64,000 nt of DNA from a virus. The notes below the pieces were generated by a model. It searched no databases. It had not been told where the DNA came from and worked only from the letters and a program-made list of their open reading frames with translations. The position numbers and the translations under genes are program-made. Shown here one piece after another: positions 56,288 to 64,000 of this stretch; position 1 is the first letter of the stretch, and each line of letters opens with the position of its first letter. The DNA lies in the IMG/VR virus record IMGVR_UViG_3300028920_000002, positions 122,724 to 186,723 of that record; one strand, 5' to 3'.

Positions 56288-56908
56288 ATGGCTAGCACTA
56301 CCACCAGGCGCGATTACGCAACCTCTGAGTTCACTTCAGCGACCGAGGTGAACGTGGGCATCTTTGCCCAAGAGCTTCAGGACGACGCCAGCGTCGTCGA
56401 GAAGCCTACCAACGTCTACAAGTCTGGCACGACCGTGACTGTGGAGTGGGTTGCAGTGACCGTCTCCCAAGGCACCATCGACGCAGTAGACGCTGATGTA
56501 GCTGCGCACGTTGGTGGCGGCTACGCCACTCCGCCAGTCACCGAGAACTTGGAGGCCGAAACCAGCGACGACAGTGGGGACGAGCAGACGCGGCTGGAGC
56601 TGGACTCTGGGCTGCTCCCTGCTGGCAACTACCTGCTCGGGTGGTATTCCGAGGTGAAGTTGGACGCAGAGGTGGCGAACAGTGCAGTGGCCGTCCGGCT
56701 GTACGTCACCAAGAACGGCGGGACCGAGCAGGAGCGCGGCACTTGCGTCTGGCCCTACTCTCAGTACCACGACTTCGCCGGCAGCTTCCCGTTCGTGGCG
56801 GCGGACGGAGACCGGTATGAGCTGCGCCTAGCGTGGGAACGGCTGGGAGCGAGTAGCAACCCGGCCTTCATCCAGCGCGCCCGCTTGTTCGTTCAGCGGG
56901 ACAACTGA
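56288..56908 (+). CDS. Virion accessory protein
   Basis: 206 aa, beta-sandwich-like; structural gene context. Confidence 0.55.
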   Translation: MASTTTRRDYATSEFTSATEVNVGIFAQELQDDASVVEKPTNVYKSGTTVTVEWVAVTVSQGTIDAVDADVAAHVGGGYATPPVTENLEAETSDDSGDEQTRLELDSGLLPAGNYLLGWYSEVKLDAEVANSAVAVRLYVTKNGGTEQERGTCVWPYSQYHDFAGSFPFVAADGDRYELRLAWERLGASSNPAFIQRARLFVQRDN

Positions 56909-56917
56909 GGTGCGTGG

Positions 56918-58606
56918 ATGGCGGTGAACATCCAGACGGGGCTGGCATCGTTCGGTGATTCGGTTACCAACGTAACGGTCTCGTCCTACACCGCCTCCAA
57001 GACCTGGCTGCGCTACAGCATGCGGGTCGATGGCAACGACAACGCCTGGGACTGCCAAGTCATCGCGCGTAAGGTTGATTCTACTACCGTCCAATTCGAG
57101 CGCCGGGGGAACACCGGCACGGCTTACGTTCGCTGGTGGCTCATCGAGTGCGACGATTTCTCGGTGCAGGACATCGACTCTGCTGCTCCGTTGGCCAGCA
57201 CTACTTACGAGGACCACACCATCAGCGCGGTTACCACCAGTCGTACCTTCGTGGACGTATCGGCGCGCATGAGCGGGGACCGCGAAAGCGACACCCATCC
57301 TCGCGTGAGGCTGACCAGCTCAACCAATGTGCGCATTGAGCTGGGTGCTGGGGCTAGTGGGGACTTCGAGTACTTCATCCAGGTGGTGCAGCTGGCGGCC
57401 GGCTTGAACCCGGTGGTGCAGCAGCTCGTGGTGGATGACTCGACCAGCGACGAGGAAATCGCCATCACTCGTGTCGACCCACTGAAGACACTCCTGGTCG
57501 CTTCGGCTACCTATGACAACAGTGGCACTTGGGCAAACACCGGTCTGCATACCGTCCGCCTGAACCCGGCGGGGAGCGCAGTGGAGATGGTGCGCACCTC
57601 CCAGACTGGCGAGAACGTCGATGCGGTGGTCTACGTGGTGACCGCCGACATCTTCTCGGTGCAGCGGCGCACTGTCACCACGACTGGCACCACAGGTACG
57701 GTCAAGTTCTTTCCACCCGGCAGCATGGACCGCACCTTCTTCGTGGGCGGTGGCTACTACAACGGGGGCAGCCAGTACGCCGTGAGCAGCGGCGGGCCGG
57801 ATTCTGCTGGGTTCACACTCACTCCAGATGGGTCATTCAGTACCATCACGGCGCAGCGCGAGGTTGCCACAGGAACGGCGACAGTCGAAGTGCAGATGGT
57901 AGAGCTGCGCGGGGTGTTCGTGGAGTTGGACAACATCGCCACCGGCAACGCCGGCGCCAGCGTCTCACACACGCTTACGGACAAGGACCACCGAGTGGTG
58001 CTGGTGTTCGTCGACGACGAGAGCGAGACGCAGGCCAGTGGCGTTACTTATGACGGAGAGGCGATGACGCAGGTGGTGGCTTCCACCTCCACTCCTGGCG
58101 CTGGCAACGCCTCATCCATGTGGGCCATCCTCGACGCGGACTTGCCAGGGAGCGCGGGCAGCTACTCCGTCGTCGTGAGCGGCCTTGACGCGGGCGCGTC
58201 GGTGACGGTGGTGGAGCTGAACAACGTGGCGCAGATTATCCCCACCGGCAACCGTATCGACAACACTGAGACCGGTGCTACCAACGTCTCAACCTCCACC
58301 GCTACCGCGGGTCCACGCGACAGCATCGCTGTCGGTGCGCTGGGCATGGGGGATACTGCTGATACCATCTTGGACCCGCCCACTGGCACTGGCACCTGGA
58401 CGCGCCTGTTCTCGAACGACGCCAGCTCCGCTCGGTACAAGGGCGCCTACTCCAAGCTCTTCAACAACCCGGGGGACAAGGACTACACCGAGACGGGAAG
58501 TAGCTCCGACTGGTTCCGCTCGTCGCAGACCCTGGCCATCTTCATGGCCCACACCATGCCCAACGTCCAGCACTTCAACGCACCCTGGTTCGGAACCAAC
58601 TCTTGA
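56918..58606 (+). CDS. Putative receptor-binding/lectin-like virion protein with internal repeats
   Basis: Three similar modules (V..SRTFV / V.PLKTLL / MDRTFF) plus a C-terminal domain. Confidence 0.5.
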   Translation: MAVNIQTGLASFGDSVTNVTVSSYTASKTWLRYSMRVDGNDNAWDCQVIARKVDSTTVQFERRGNTGTAYVRWWLIECDDFSVQDIDSAAPLASTTYEDHTISAVTTSRTFVDVSARMSGDRESDTHPRVRLTSSTNVRIELGAGASGDFEYFIQVVQLAAGLNPVVQQLVVDDSTSDEEIAITRVDPLKTLLVASATYDNSGTWANTGLHTVRLNPAGSAVEMVRTSQTGENVDAVVYVVTADIFSVQRRTVTTTGTTGTVKFFPPGSMDRTFFVGGGYYNGGSQYAVSSGGPDSAGFTLTPDGSFSTITAQREVATGTATVEVQMVELRGVFVELDNIATGNAGASVSHTLTDKDHRVVLVFVDDESETQASGVTYDGEAMTQVVASTSTPGAGNASSMWAILDADLPGSAGSYSVVVSGLDAGASVTVVELNNVAQIIPTGNRIDNTETGATNVSTSTATAGPRDSIAVGALGMGDTADTILDPPTGTGTWTRLFSNDASSARYKGAYSKLFNNPGDKDYTETGSSSDWFRSSQTLAIFMAHTMPNVQHFNAPWFGTNS

Positions 58607-58623
58607 AGTGCTAGGATGTACAC

Positions 58624-59163
58624 ATGTCCATCGGAGTACAGGTAGACAAGGCTACTACTTCGCTGCCGCTATTCCTGACGGTGAATAGGGCTGGTGCTGG
58701 TGGCATTACGGGCCTAAGCCCCACAGTGGCTGTGCGGGATGCGTCTACGCTCAACAGCTACCTGGACTTCAATGATGGAACCTTCAAGACCTCGGGGTGG
58801 ACCACCAAGTACGCTGCCCTATCAGAAGTCGAGCGGGGACACTACCAGCGCTCTCTCGACGTCTCTGCTCTACCCGTCAGCGCCTTCGATGTGCTCATGG
58901 CGGAGTACCACGTGGACAACGGCGCTGACGTTGTGGGAGATGCGTCAGACGTTCTCATCGTGGTGGAGTTTGAAGGCGACCTGAAGCTCGTACGTCAGAG
59001 CATCACCAACCGCATGGAGGAGTTCCCCGGCAATCCTGGGCAGCTCGTATTGTGGGACGATGATGGCATCACCCCACTCAAGACGTGGCAGCTCAGGGAT
59101 TCTACCGGTGGTGGCATCGTGGCTACGGTGGGCTCTCCTGCCAAGAGGAGTGCGGCTACGTGA
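58624..59163 (+). CDS. Virion structural protein
   Basis: TGCTAGGAT 6 nt before the ATG; ends a structural cluster. Confidence 0.6.
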   Translation: MSIGVQVDKATTSLPLFLTVNRAGAGGITGLSPTVAVRDASTLNSYLDFNDGTFKTSGWTTKYAALSEVERGHYQRSLDVSALPVSAFDVLMAEYHVDNGADVVGDASDVLIVVEFEGDLKLVRQSITNRMEEFPGNPGQLVLWDDDGITPLKTWQLRDSTGGGIVATVGSPAKRSAAT

Positions 59164-59378
59164 GTACTCGGTCCGGCTTCGTCATGCGGACCTTTTTGCC
59201 CATTGGTCCGCTAGTAGTGAGTCGAGGGTTTGGCGCATTGGGTGAGGTGCTGGTTGAGGAAGAGCCGGACTTGTTCAAGACCGGCCCCACTCAAACGACG
59301 GTCAAGGCCGTCACGAAGAGAGCACCGTGTGCCGTCATCGTTGTGGAAAGCGACGATGACGACGATACCTGTGGCTAA
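59160..59378 (+). CDS. Small hypothetical protein
   Basis: GTGA overlap; 72 aa. Confidence 0.5.
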   Translation: MSTRSGFVMRTFLPIGPLVVSRGFGALGEVLVEEEPDLFKTGPTQTTVKAVTKRAPCAVIVVESDDDDDTCG

Positions 59379-59437
59379 GAGAAAGCTGTGCGGACTGCGC
59401 AACTTTCTCCCCCGGGCGCGGACTGCGCTACCGGAGC

Positions 59438-59839
59438 TCAGGTGGCGGACAACCCTCTGAGAAACTCTGTCAGCTGCTGAGGGGGACGTTCGGCTGCACC
59501 ACGGATGACGCAGCCGGCAGCGAAAATCATCTGGTTCAGCAGTGTCCCGTACTCCGCTGGCTGCGGCAGCGACTGCCGCCGCTGCAAGTAGAACGCAATG
59601 CTGTGTGTGAGGAAGTCGACCGGGTGCACTATCGGGTAGTGCTGCGTGTAGCTGCTCCACCCGACGTACCCGCACTTCCTACACCACCAGTAACGACTCG
59701 TGCCCTCCCACTCAATCTGGCCGTCGCAGAACTGCATCTGCGGCTGCCAGTCCAGCTGAAGAGCGTTGCGAGGCTGTCCGATACCCAGGCGCCAAGGCTC
59801 CTGGTCCACTAGAGCTTGGACTTGTGAGACGCCTTCCAT
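59438..59839 (-). CDS. Zn-ribbon-containing hypothetical protein
   Basis: FCDG..WCRKCGY; GGAGGTG SD. Confidence 0.65.
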   Translation of the reverse strand: MEGVSQVQALVDQEPWRLGIGQPRNALQLDWQPQMQFCDGQIEWEGTSRYWWCRKCGYVGWSSYTQHYPIVHPVDFLTHSIAFYLQRRQSLPQPAEYGTLLNQMIFAAGCVIRGAAERPPQQLTEFLRGLSAT

Positions 59840-59895
59840 GAAGTTTCACCTCCTTGGGTGGCGTCCCTCCGTCGTGTCTCGGGCCCTTCCCTAGG

Positions 59896-60009
59896 CTATG
59901 TCTCGGCCAGCTGCGCACGACACAGTATGTCGACGAGCTGAGCTTTGGACGCCTTTGGCGGGAGCGGGAGTCCCAGCGCTACGACGACTTCGCAGAGCTG
60001 GGATTCCAT
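59896..60009 (-). CDS. Small helix-extension-helix (SAP/Rho-N-like) peptide; start uncertain
   Basis: MESQLCEVVVALGLPLPPKASKAQLVDIL; the frame stays open further upstream. Confidence 0.4.
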   Translation of the reverse strand: MESQLCEVVVALGLPLPPKASKAQLVDILCRAQLAET

Positions 60010-60092
60010 CGCCTCACTCAGACCTGCGGCATCAGGCAGATAGCGCAGGTCCTCGTTCTTAGGTAGTACCGCCCCTGGCCAAACTGGCGTCT

Positions 60093-61046
60093 CTATTCTT
60101 TTCCCTCCGCACCCAACGTGGCCAGGATGCTCTCGACGAGGTTCGGGTCCTGTGCCTTGAGCAGTTGCGTGACCATGTGAGCGCTCAGGCCCTGCTGTTC
60201 AAGCTGTAGCAGCTGCAGCTGCAAGGAGAGCTTCAGCATGCGCGCCACGCCGAGGATGTCCGAGTGAACTTCTTGCACCAGCGCGTTGTTGCCACTGTGG
60301 ACTTCTGCCAAGGCGGCGAGAACCCTGCTGGCCGCCTCTTGTTTGGCCATGATGCCCCGCAGAGTATCGAGCAGAGCTGGCGCCGCCTGCCCAGCGTCGG
60401 CGGACGTCACCGGGGTCGGCGCGGGCGGAACCGCGGCGGGCGGCGATGGAGCGACTGGCTGGGCGGCCGGAGGTGCCTGTGGGGGCATCTGGGGCGGCAT
60501 CTGCGGTGGGGTGGCCATGGGCACTGGGGCGGCTGGGGGCGGCACCGGCGGCGGCATGGCAGGCGCCACAGGGGCGGCCGGGGGCGCTTGGGGAGCCGGC
60601 ATCTGCGGCACCTGCGGAGGCATCTGCGGCGCCATCTGGGGCGCTGGGGCGCCCGGTGCGACCGGAGGTGCCTGCGGTACGCTGGGCATCTGCGGCGGCA
60701 TCTGGAGAGGCATCTGCGGGGCCTGCTGCTGAGGCGGGACGGGGGCCTGCGGCATCATGGCCGGTGCCGCGGGCGCTACCGGCGCGGCGGCCGGAGACAT
60801 GGCAATCTGGGTGGCCGGCGCGGGCGCCGCTCCTCCCTGGGCGTCCCTGGCTTGGAGGGCTGCGGCGACGGTGGTCGCCATCTGCTCTTCGGACTGTCCG
60901 AGGAAGGCCGTCTCTGCGGCGTCATCGGAGAAGAGCTGCAGCTGGCTCGCCAGGCGGAAGAGCACGCCGCGGCTGTACGGCGGGTTCTTCTTGAGCTCGT
61001 TCACGTCACGGGGTGCGTTGTCGAGAGTGATTTCCAGTACGGTCAT
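60093..61046 (-). CDS. Protein with long Pro/Ala/Gln/Met-rich disordered linker
   Basis: Repeated PQMP units (12-nt GGCATCTGCGGC-type repeats, 60480-60730) between helical termini. Confidence 0.75.
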   Translation of the reverse strand: MTVLEITLDNAPRDVNELKKNPPYSRGVLFRLASQLQLFSDDAAETAFLGQSEEQMATTVAAALQARDAQGGAAPAPATQIAMSPAAAPVAPAAPAMMPQAPVPPQQQAPQMPLQMPPQMPSVPQAPPVAPGAPAPQMAPQMPPQVPQMPAPQAPPAAPVAPAMPPPVPPPAAPVPMATPPQMPPQMPPQAPPAAQPVAPSPPAAVPPAPTPVTSADAGQAAPALLDTLRGIMAKQEAASRVLAALAEVHSGNNALVQEVHSDILGVARMLKLSLQLQLLQLEQQGLSAHMVTQLLKAQDPNLVESILATLGAEGKE

Positions 61047-61047
61047 T

Positions 61048-61452
61048 TCATCCTCTTGGCTTGTACTGCTGGATTCGCTGTTCGTTGCTCGAGTTCGCGC
61101 TCAGGCAAGTGATGACCTGAGCGTCTAGGCACCCGAAGCATGGGTTTGGGTTGTCCGTCATGAGTCCTTTGGCAGGACACTTGAGTTGGGGTTGCACCGT
61201 GTGCCAGTAGTCTCGAAGGAAGTTGATGATGCCGACCCTCCACGAGTCGATGGGGTGCAGCCCGGTATTCATCTCTGGTGGGTCTGCCTTACCGAGCAAG
61301 TAGGCCATCAGCCACTCCCTCGGCGTGCCTGGGTGTACACGAATGCCGGCACGCCCGCACATCTGGTAGAGCTCAGTGTGGTTGAGCCGCTGGAGCGGCG
61401 TGGAGATTCCTGAGCTCTCTGACGATGTCGCTGATGGGGTTGTTTGGGACAT
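61048..61452 (-). CDS. Helix-extension-helix-like domain + Cys-rich domain protein
   Basis: LNHTELYQMCGRAGI..PREWLMAYL; CP..NPCFGC..C. Confidence 0.55.
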   Translation of the reverse strand: MSQTTPSATSSESSGISTPLQRLNHTELYQMCGRAGIRVHPGTPREWLMAYLLGKADPPEMNTGLHPIDSWRVGIINFLRDYWHTVQPQLKCPAKGLMTDNPNPCFGCLDAQVITCLSANSSNEQRIQQYKPRG

Positions 61453-61882
61453 CTTCCTCATTCCACGCCCATACATGGGTCGCGTCTTCTGGGCCGTGCT
61501 CTTTGCGGACCGTGACACACCAGTGATGCGAGTCGTCCACTCCGGTGGCCTCACACAGCGCGTCCTCGAACAGCTTGAGCCTATTGCCTACATCGAGTTT
61601 CTTATACCGGCTCTCAGCCTTGCTTGGCCAGGTGGTGTTGTAGACAGCTTTCTCGTCGCCAAAGACGAAGAGGATGACCAGTACGTACGGCACGTTCGGC
61701 TTGAAGTAGCGCATCTCTCGTGGGTAGGTTCGAGCTAGATGGGTCTTCGTTGCCACCTTGTACTTCTTGCCCTTCTCCGTCAGGATGCGCAGCGGGACCG
61801 TCTTCTTACCCTGCCTCTTCATCTTGGTGAAGTAGGCATTGTTGACGCTGATGGGGACGCTGGGAACGTGCAGATGAATCAT
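61373..61882 (-). CDS. RusA-like Holliday junction resolvase
   Basis: PISVNNAY..YKKLDVGNRLKLFEDALCEATGVDDSH. Confidence 0.75.
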   Translation of the reverse strand: MIHLHVPSVPISVNNAYFTKMKRQGKKTVPLRILTEKGKKYKVATKTHLARTYPREMRYFKPNVPYVLVILFVFGDEKAVYNTTWPSKAESRYKKLDVGNRLKLFEDALCEATGVDDSHHWCVTVRKEHGPEDATHVWAWNEEDVPNNPISDIVRELRNLHAAPAAQPH

Positions 61883-62463
61883 CCGAATTGCCGCCCCAGA
61901 TTGTGGCCGCGCCTGCCCTGCTCAATCTCCTGGCCCCGGATGGTGACCTGTCGGGAGAGCATCTTCAAGTTGCGCGATAGGCGGTCCATCTGGGACTTCA
62001 CCACCAGCCGCTTCTGCTGAAGCATCTGTAGGTACAACCGAAGCTGCATGTAACGAGGGTCGCACTTGGCGACCTCCTTCATGTAGTCCTCGGAGGGCTT
62101 TTTGGCCTTTGGCTCTGCCTTCGACTCTTCGCGCAGGCGCTCCTTCGTCTTGAGAGTGATGACATCCATCTCGTTCTCGGTCTGGATGACGGCGAAGTCG
62201 ATGCAGGCCAGGCAGTATTCACTGTAGTTCTGCCAGGCGTTCACCTGAGCGTAGAGGTTGGTGTACCTCGTCGTGTCCTGGTCTGTCAGCTGCTCAGCTG
62301 AGACGTACGGAGGACACGGGAAACTCGGAGCAGGGATGGGTTGGAAGCCTTCTCGTGCCAGCTGACCCATGACGCTGTTGTAGGTGTCCCAGTTGTCATG
62401 GATGTTCTGGTGGGCTCCTTGCCCCAGTCCCATCTGCTGCGGGAGTTCGAGTTCGTTGTTCAT
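61879..62463 (-). CDS. UvsY-like recombination mediator (tentative)
   Basis: Helical; KKPSEDYMKEVAKCDPRY..L..K..V.SQMDRL; recombination gene context. Confidence 0.45.
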   Translation of the reverse strand: MNNELELPQQMGLGQGAHQNIHDNWDTYNSVMGQLAREGFQPIPAPSFPCPPYVSAEQLTDQDTTRYTNLYAQVNAWQNYSEYCLACIDFAVIQTENEMDVITLKTKERLREESKAEPKAKKPSEDYMKEVAKCDPRYMQLRLYLQMLQQKRLVVKSQMDRLSRNLKMLSRQVTIRGQEIEQGRRGHNLGRQFG

Positions 62464-63320
62464 AGCTCTCTGGCTGACGGCGCAGCCTGAACGCGCCCAG
62501 ACGTGCGCAGGTAGTTGGGTTGGCAGGTATGTGCGAATGCACACCAGCTGCAGGGCTTACCCTCTTCTCTGGCTGGGAGCTGCCCGGCCGACGCCATCTG
62601 AGTGGCCGTCTGGAAGCGTGGCTGCAGCTTGGTCTCCCACAGGCGCTGATTGAACTGGAAGAGCCAGGGCGCCTCGGTGTGGGTGAACAGGGAGTTGCTC
62701 TTGTTGTACGCGAGATACCACATCAGAGGCAGGTCCAGCGTGACCATGTAGATGCACATCTGGTCCTGGTGGTAATCCTTCGGTTCCTTGAGCTTCTCGA
62801 ACTCGGGGGCCGACATGGTCTTGATTTCTAGCCCGACGCGAAGGTACGGCTGTCCCTGTGAACAGAACTCGAAGATGCCGTCGCAGTGCGAGTGGACATT
62901 CCACTGGGCGGCAACACCTCCGAGCTTCGGGCTCACCTTGGCCTCGGGGCTGAAGTAGATTTCAACCCCACCGCTGCGCAGCCACTTGCACATCTCCTCC
63001 AGCTCGTACTGGATGAGCGCATGTTGCAGCGTACCTACGTCGAAGCGTCGCTGCATGTTCACGTCTTTCTGGTCGGGCAGCACAATGCGCTCGGTACCGA
63101 GGATGCCGTAGACCAGCTTGCGCAAGCAGCCGGATGACTCAGAGGCATGGATGCCCGTAGAGCGACCGCCCTCTCCGAAGAAGTCGACCTCGAGCTTGTA
63201 GCTGCCGCTCTGCTGAGCCTTCCACTGCTCCCAAAGTCGGGAGAGTTGCTTGGCGTGTTCGATGTACTGTGCCTTGGAGCCGCCTACGGTCTGTAGGTCA
63301 GCTATCGTCAGAAGTGTCAC
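62460..63320 (-). CDS. Cas4-like PD-(D/E)XK exonuclease
   Basis: HASESSGCLRK..GTLQHA..SHCDG..LEIKT..QMCIY..CSWCAF..C. Confidence 0.85.
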   Translation of the reverse strand: MTLLTIADLQTVGGSKAQYIEHAKQLSRLWEQWKAQQSGSYKLEVDFFGEGGRSTGIHASESSGCLRKLVYGILGTERIVLPDQKDVNMQRRFDVGTLQHALIQYELEEMCKWLRSGGVEIYFSPEAKVSPKLGGVAAQWNVHSHCDGIFEFCSQGQPYLRVGLEIKTMSAPEFEKLKEPKDYHQDQMCIYMVTLDLPLMWYLAYNKSNSLFTHTEAPWLFQFNQRLWETKLQPRFQTATQMASAGQLPAREEGKPCSWCAFAHTCQPNYLRTSGRVQAAPSAREL

Positions 63321-63828
63321 GTATCAGCTTCCTCCACACCTGTTCGGGGATGAGCACCCACGAGTCTTCCAGGCGGTTGAATGCGGGGTCACGGAAGTCG
63401 ATTTGGAAGACTGGGGTCTCCCGCCCTTGGCACTCAGCACGAATCTTGTCCAGGTCCGAGCGCTTGACCGAGTACGACTTCTTGGTGGTGAACTTGTTCT
63501 CGATTCGGAGGCGTCCGTAGACGCGACCATCACCCTTATTCCCGGGAAGTGCCCCGGACCCGCACTGAGCCCGGCCGCCAACGCCTTCGGCTACTCGCCG
63601 CTCCTGCTTCTTGGAGAGGCGCCGGCGGTGCTTCTTGCTGAACTCACGGACTTCAGGGTCTGCCAGAATGCCGACGTGGTCCTTCGTGAAGAACTCCTTG
63701 TGCTTGATGCACACCATGCACGGGGTGGTGAAGCCATCCACCCGGACAGTGGCCCAGATGTCTGGTTCGCTATCTGGCGTGAGTTTGGTGTCTGGCGTCA
63801 GGAAGCTAAGTCTTACCTGTACAGGCAT
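63298..63828 (-). CDS. Holliday-junction-resolvase-like PD-(D/E)XK nuclease
   Basis: QERRVAE..GGRAQCGSGAL..KGDG..IENKFTTKKSYSV. Confidence 0.7.
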   Translation of the reverse strand: MPVQVRLSFLTPDTKLTPDSEPDIWATVRVDGFTTPCMVCIKHKEFFTKDHVGILADPEVREFSKKHRRRLSKKQERRVAEGVGGRAQCGSGALPGNKGDGRVYGRLRIENKFTTKKSYSVKRSDLDKIRAECQGRETPVFQIDFRDPAFNRLEDSWVLIPEQVWRKLIRDTSDDS

Positions 63829-63998
63829 TGAATTCCCGCAGCAGCCAGAACCTCACGACGGACGGCGAGTTCGTACTCGAAGTCCATCTCCATCATCTTC
63901 TTCATGTTGGCATAGTTTCTGGCTTGTAGGGCTGTGACTTCCGTGCCGTCAGGTCGGATGATGCACACCTTGTTTTTGACTTGTTGGATGACGCCTCG
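63813..63998 (-). CDS. C-terminal fragment of an upstream gene (RecA/UvsX-like is plausible from context only)
   Basis: Open frame RGVIQQVKNKVCIIRPDG..AGIQCLYR* running off the window edge. Confidence 0.35.
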   Translation of the reverse strand, partial: RGVIQQVKNKVCIIRPDGTEVTALQARNYANMKKMMEMDFEYELAVRREVLAAAGIQCLYR

Positions 63999-64000
63999 CT

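Noticed and set aside
29696-58606. Diversity-generating retroelement or invertible fibre cassette
   Set aside because: No reverse transcriptase, no near-identical TR/VR pair and no recombinase; internal repeats are diverged protein modules.
62460-63320. CRISPR-Cas adaptation locus
   Set aside because: Solo Cas4-like nuclease in a recombination operon; no repeat-spacer array, cas1 or cas2 seen in the window.
1-64000. Alternative genetic code or inteins
   Set aside because: Long intact ORFs end in all three stop codons under code 11; the SNF2, ligase and nuclease motifs are contiguous with no intein-like insertions.

Overview
This window is part of a large tailed dsDNA phage genome (GC-rich, roughly 60% by eye; standard genetic code). 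It has a contractile-tail (myovirus-type) baseplate. A sigma70-region-4 protein of a type I recognise from myxobacteria suggests a Myxococcota-like host (inference). Layout: end of a large virion gene (1-2.8 kb); accessory and regulatory genes (2.9-20.3 kb: HEXXH peptidase, lytic transglycosylase, sigma70-r4 protein, collagen lipoprotein, ParB-HTH/J-domain fusion, ParB-N protein, MazG-like, dCMP deaminase, small Zn-finger ORFs); a tmRNA followed by about 640 nt of densely structured, apparently non-coding sequence (20.4-21.4 kb); an endolysin; baseplate and fibre genes with an embedded glycosyltransferase (24.6-45.1 kb); a lysis-like cassette interrupted by a 1329-aa multi-enzyme protein (LigD phosphoesterase + ATP DNA ligase + Gly-zipper + pyrophosphatase + SNF2 ATPase); more fibre/decoration genes (51-59 kb); and a minus-strand recombination module (59.4-64 kb). 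The best leads are (1) the putative DNA end-healing/sealing polyprotein with repeated K-x-A linker motifs, (2) the structured RNA region after tmRNA, and (3) a recurring -10-only promoter placed 5-8 nt before start codons, implying widespread leaderless mRNAs. All family assignments come from motif recognition by eye; no database searches were run.
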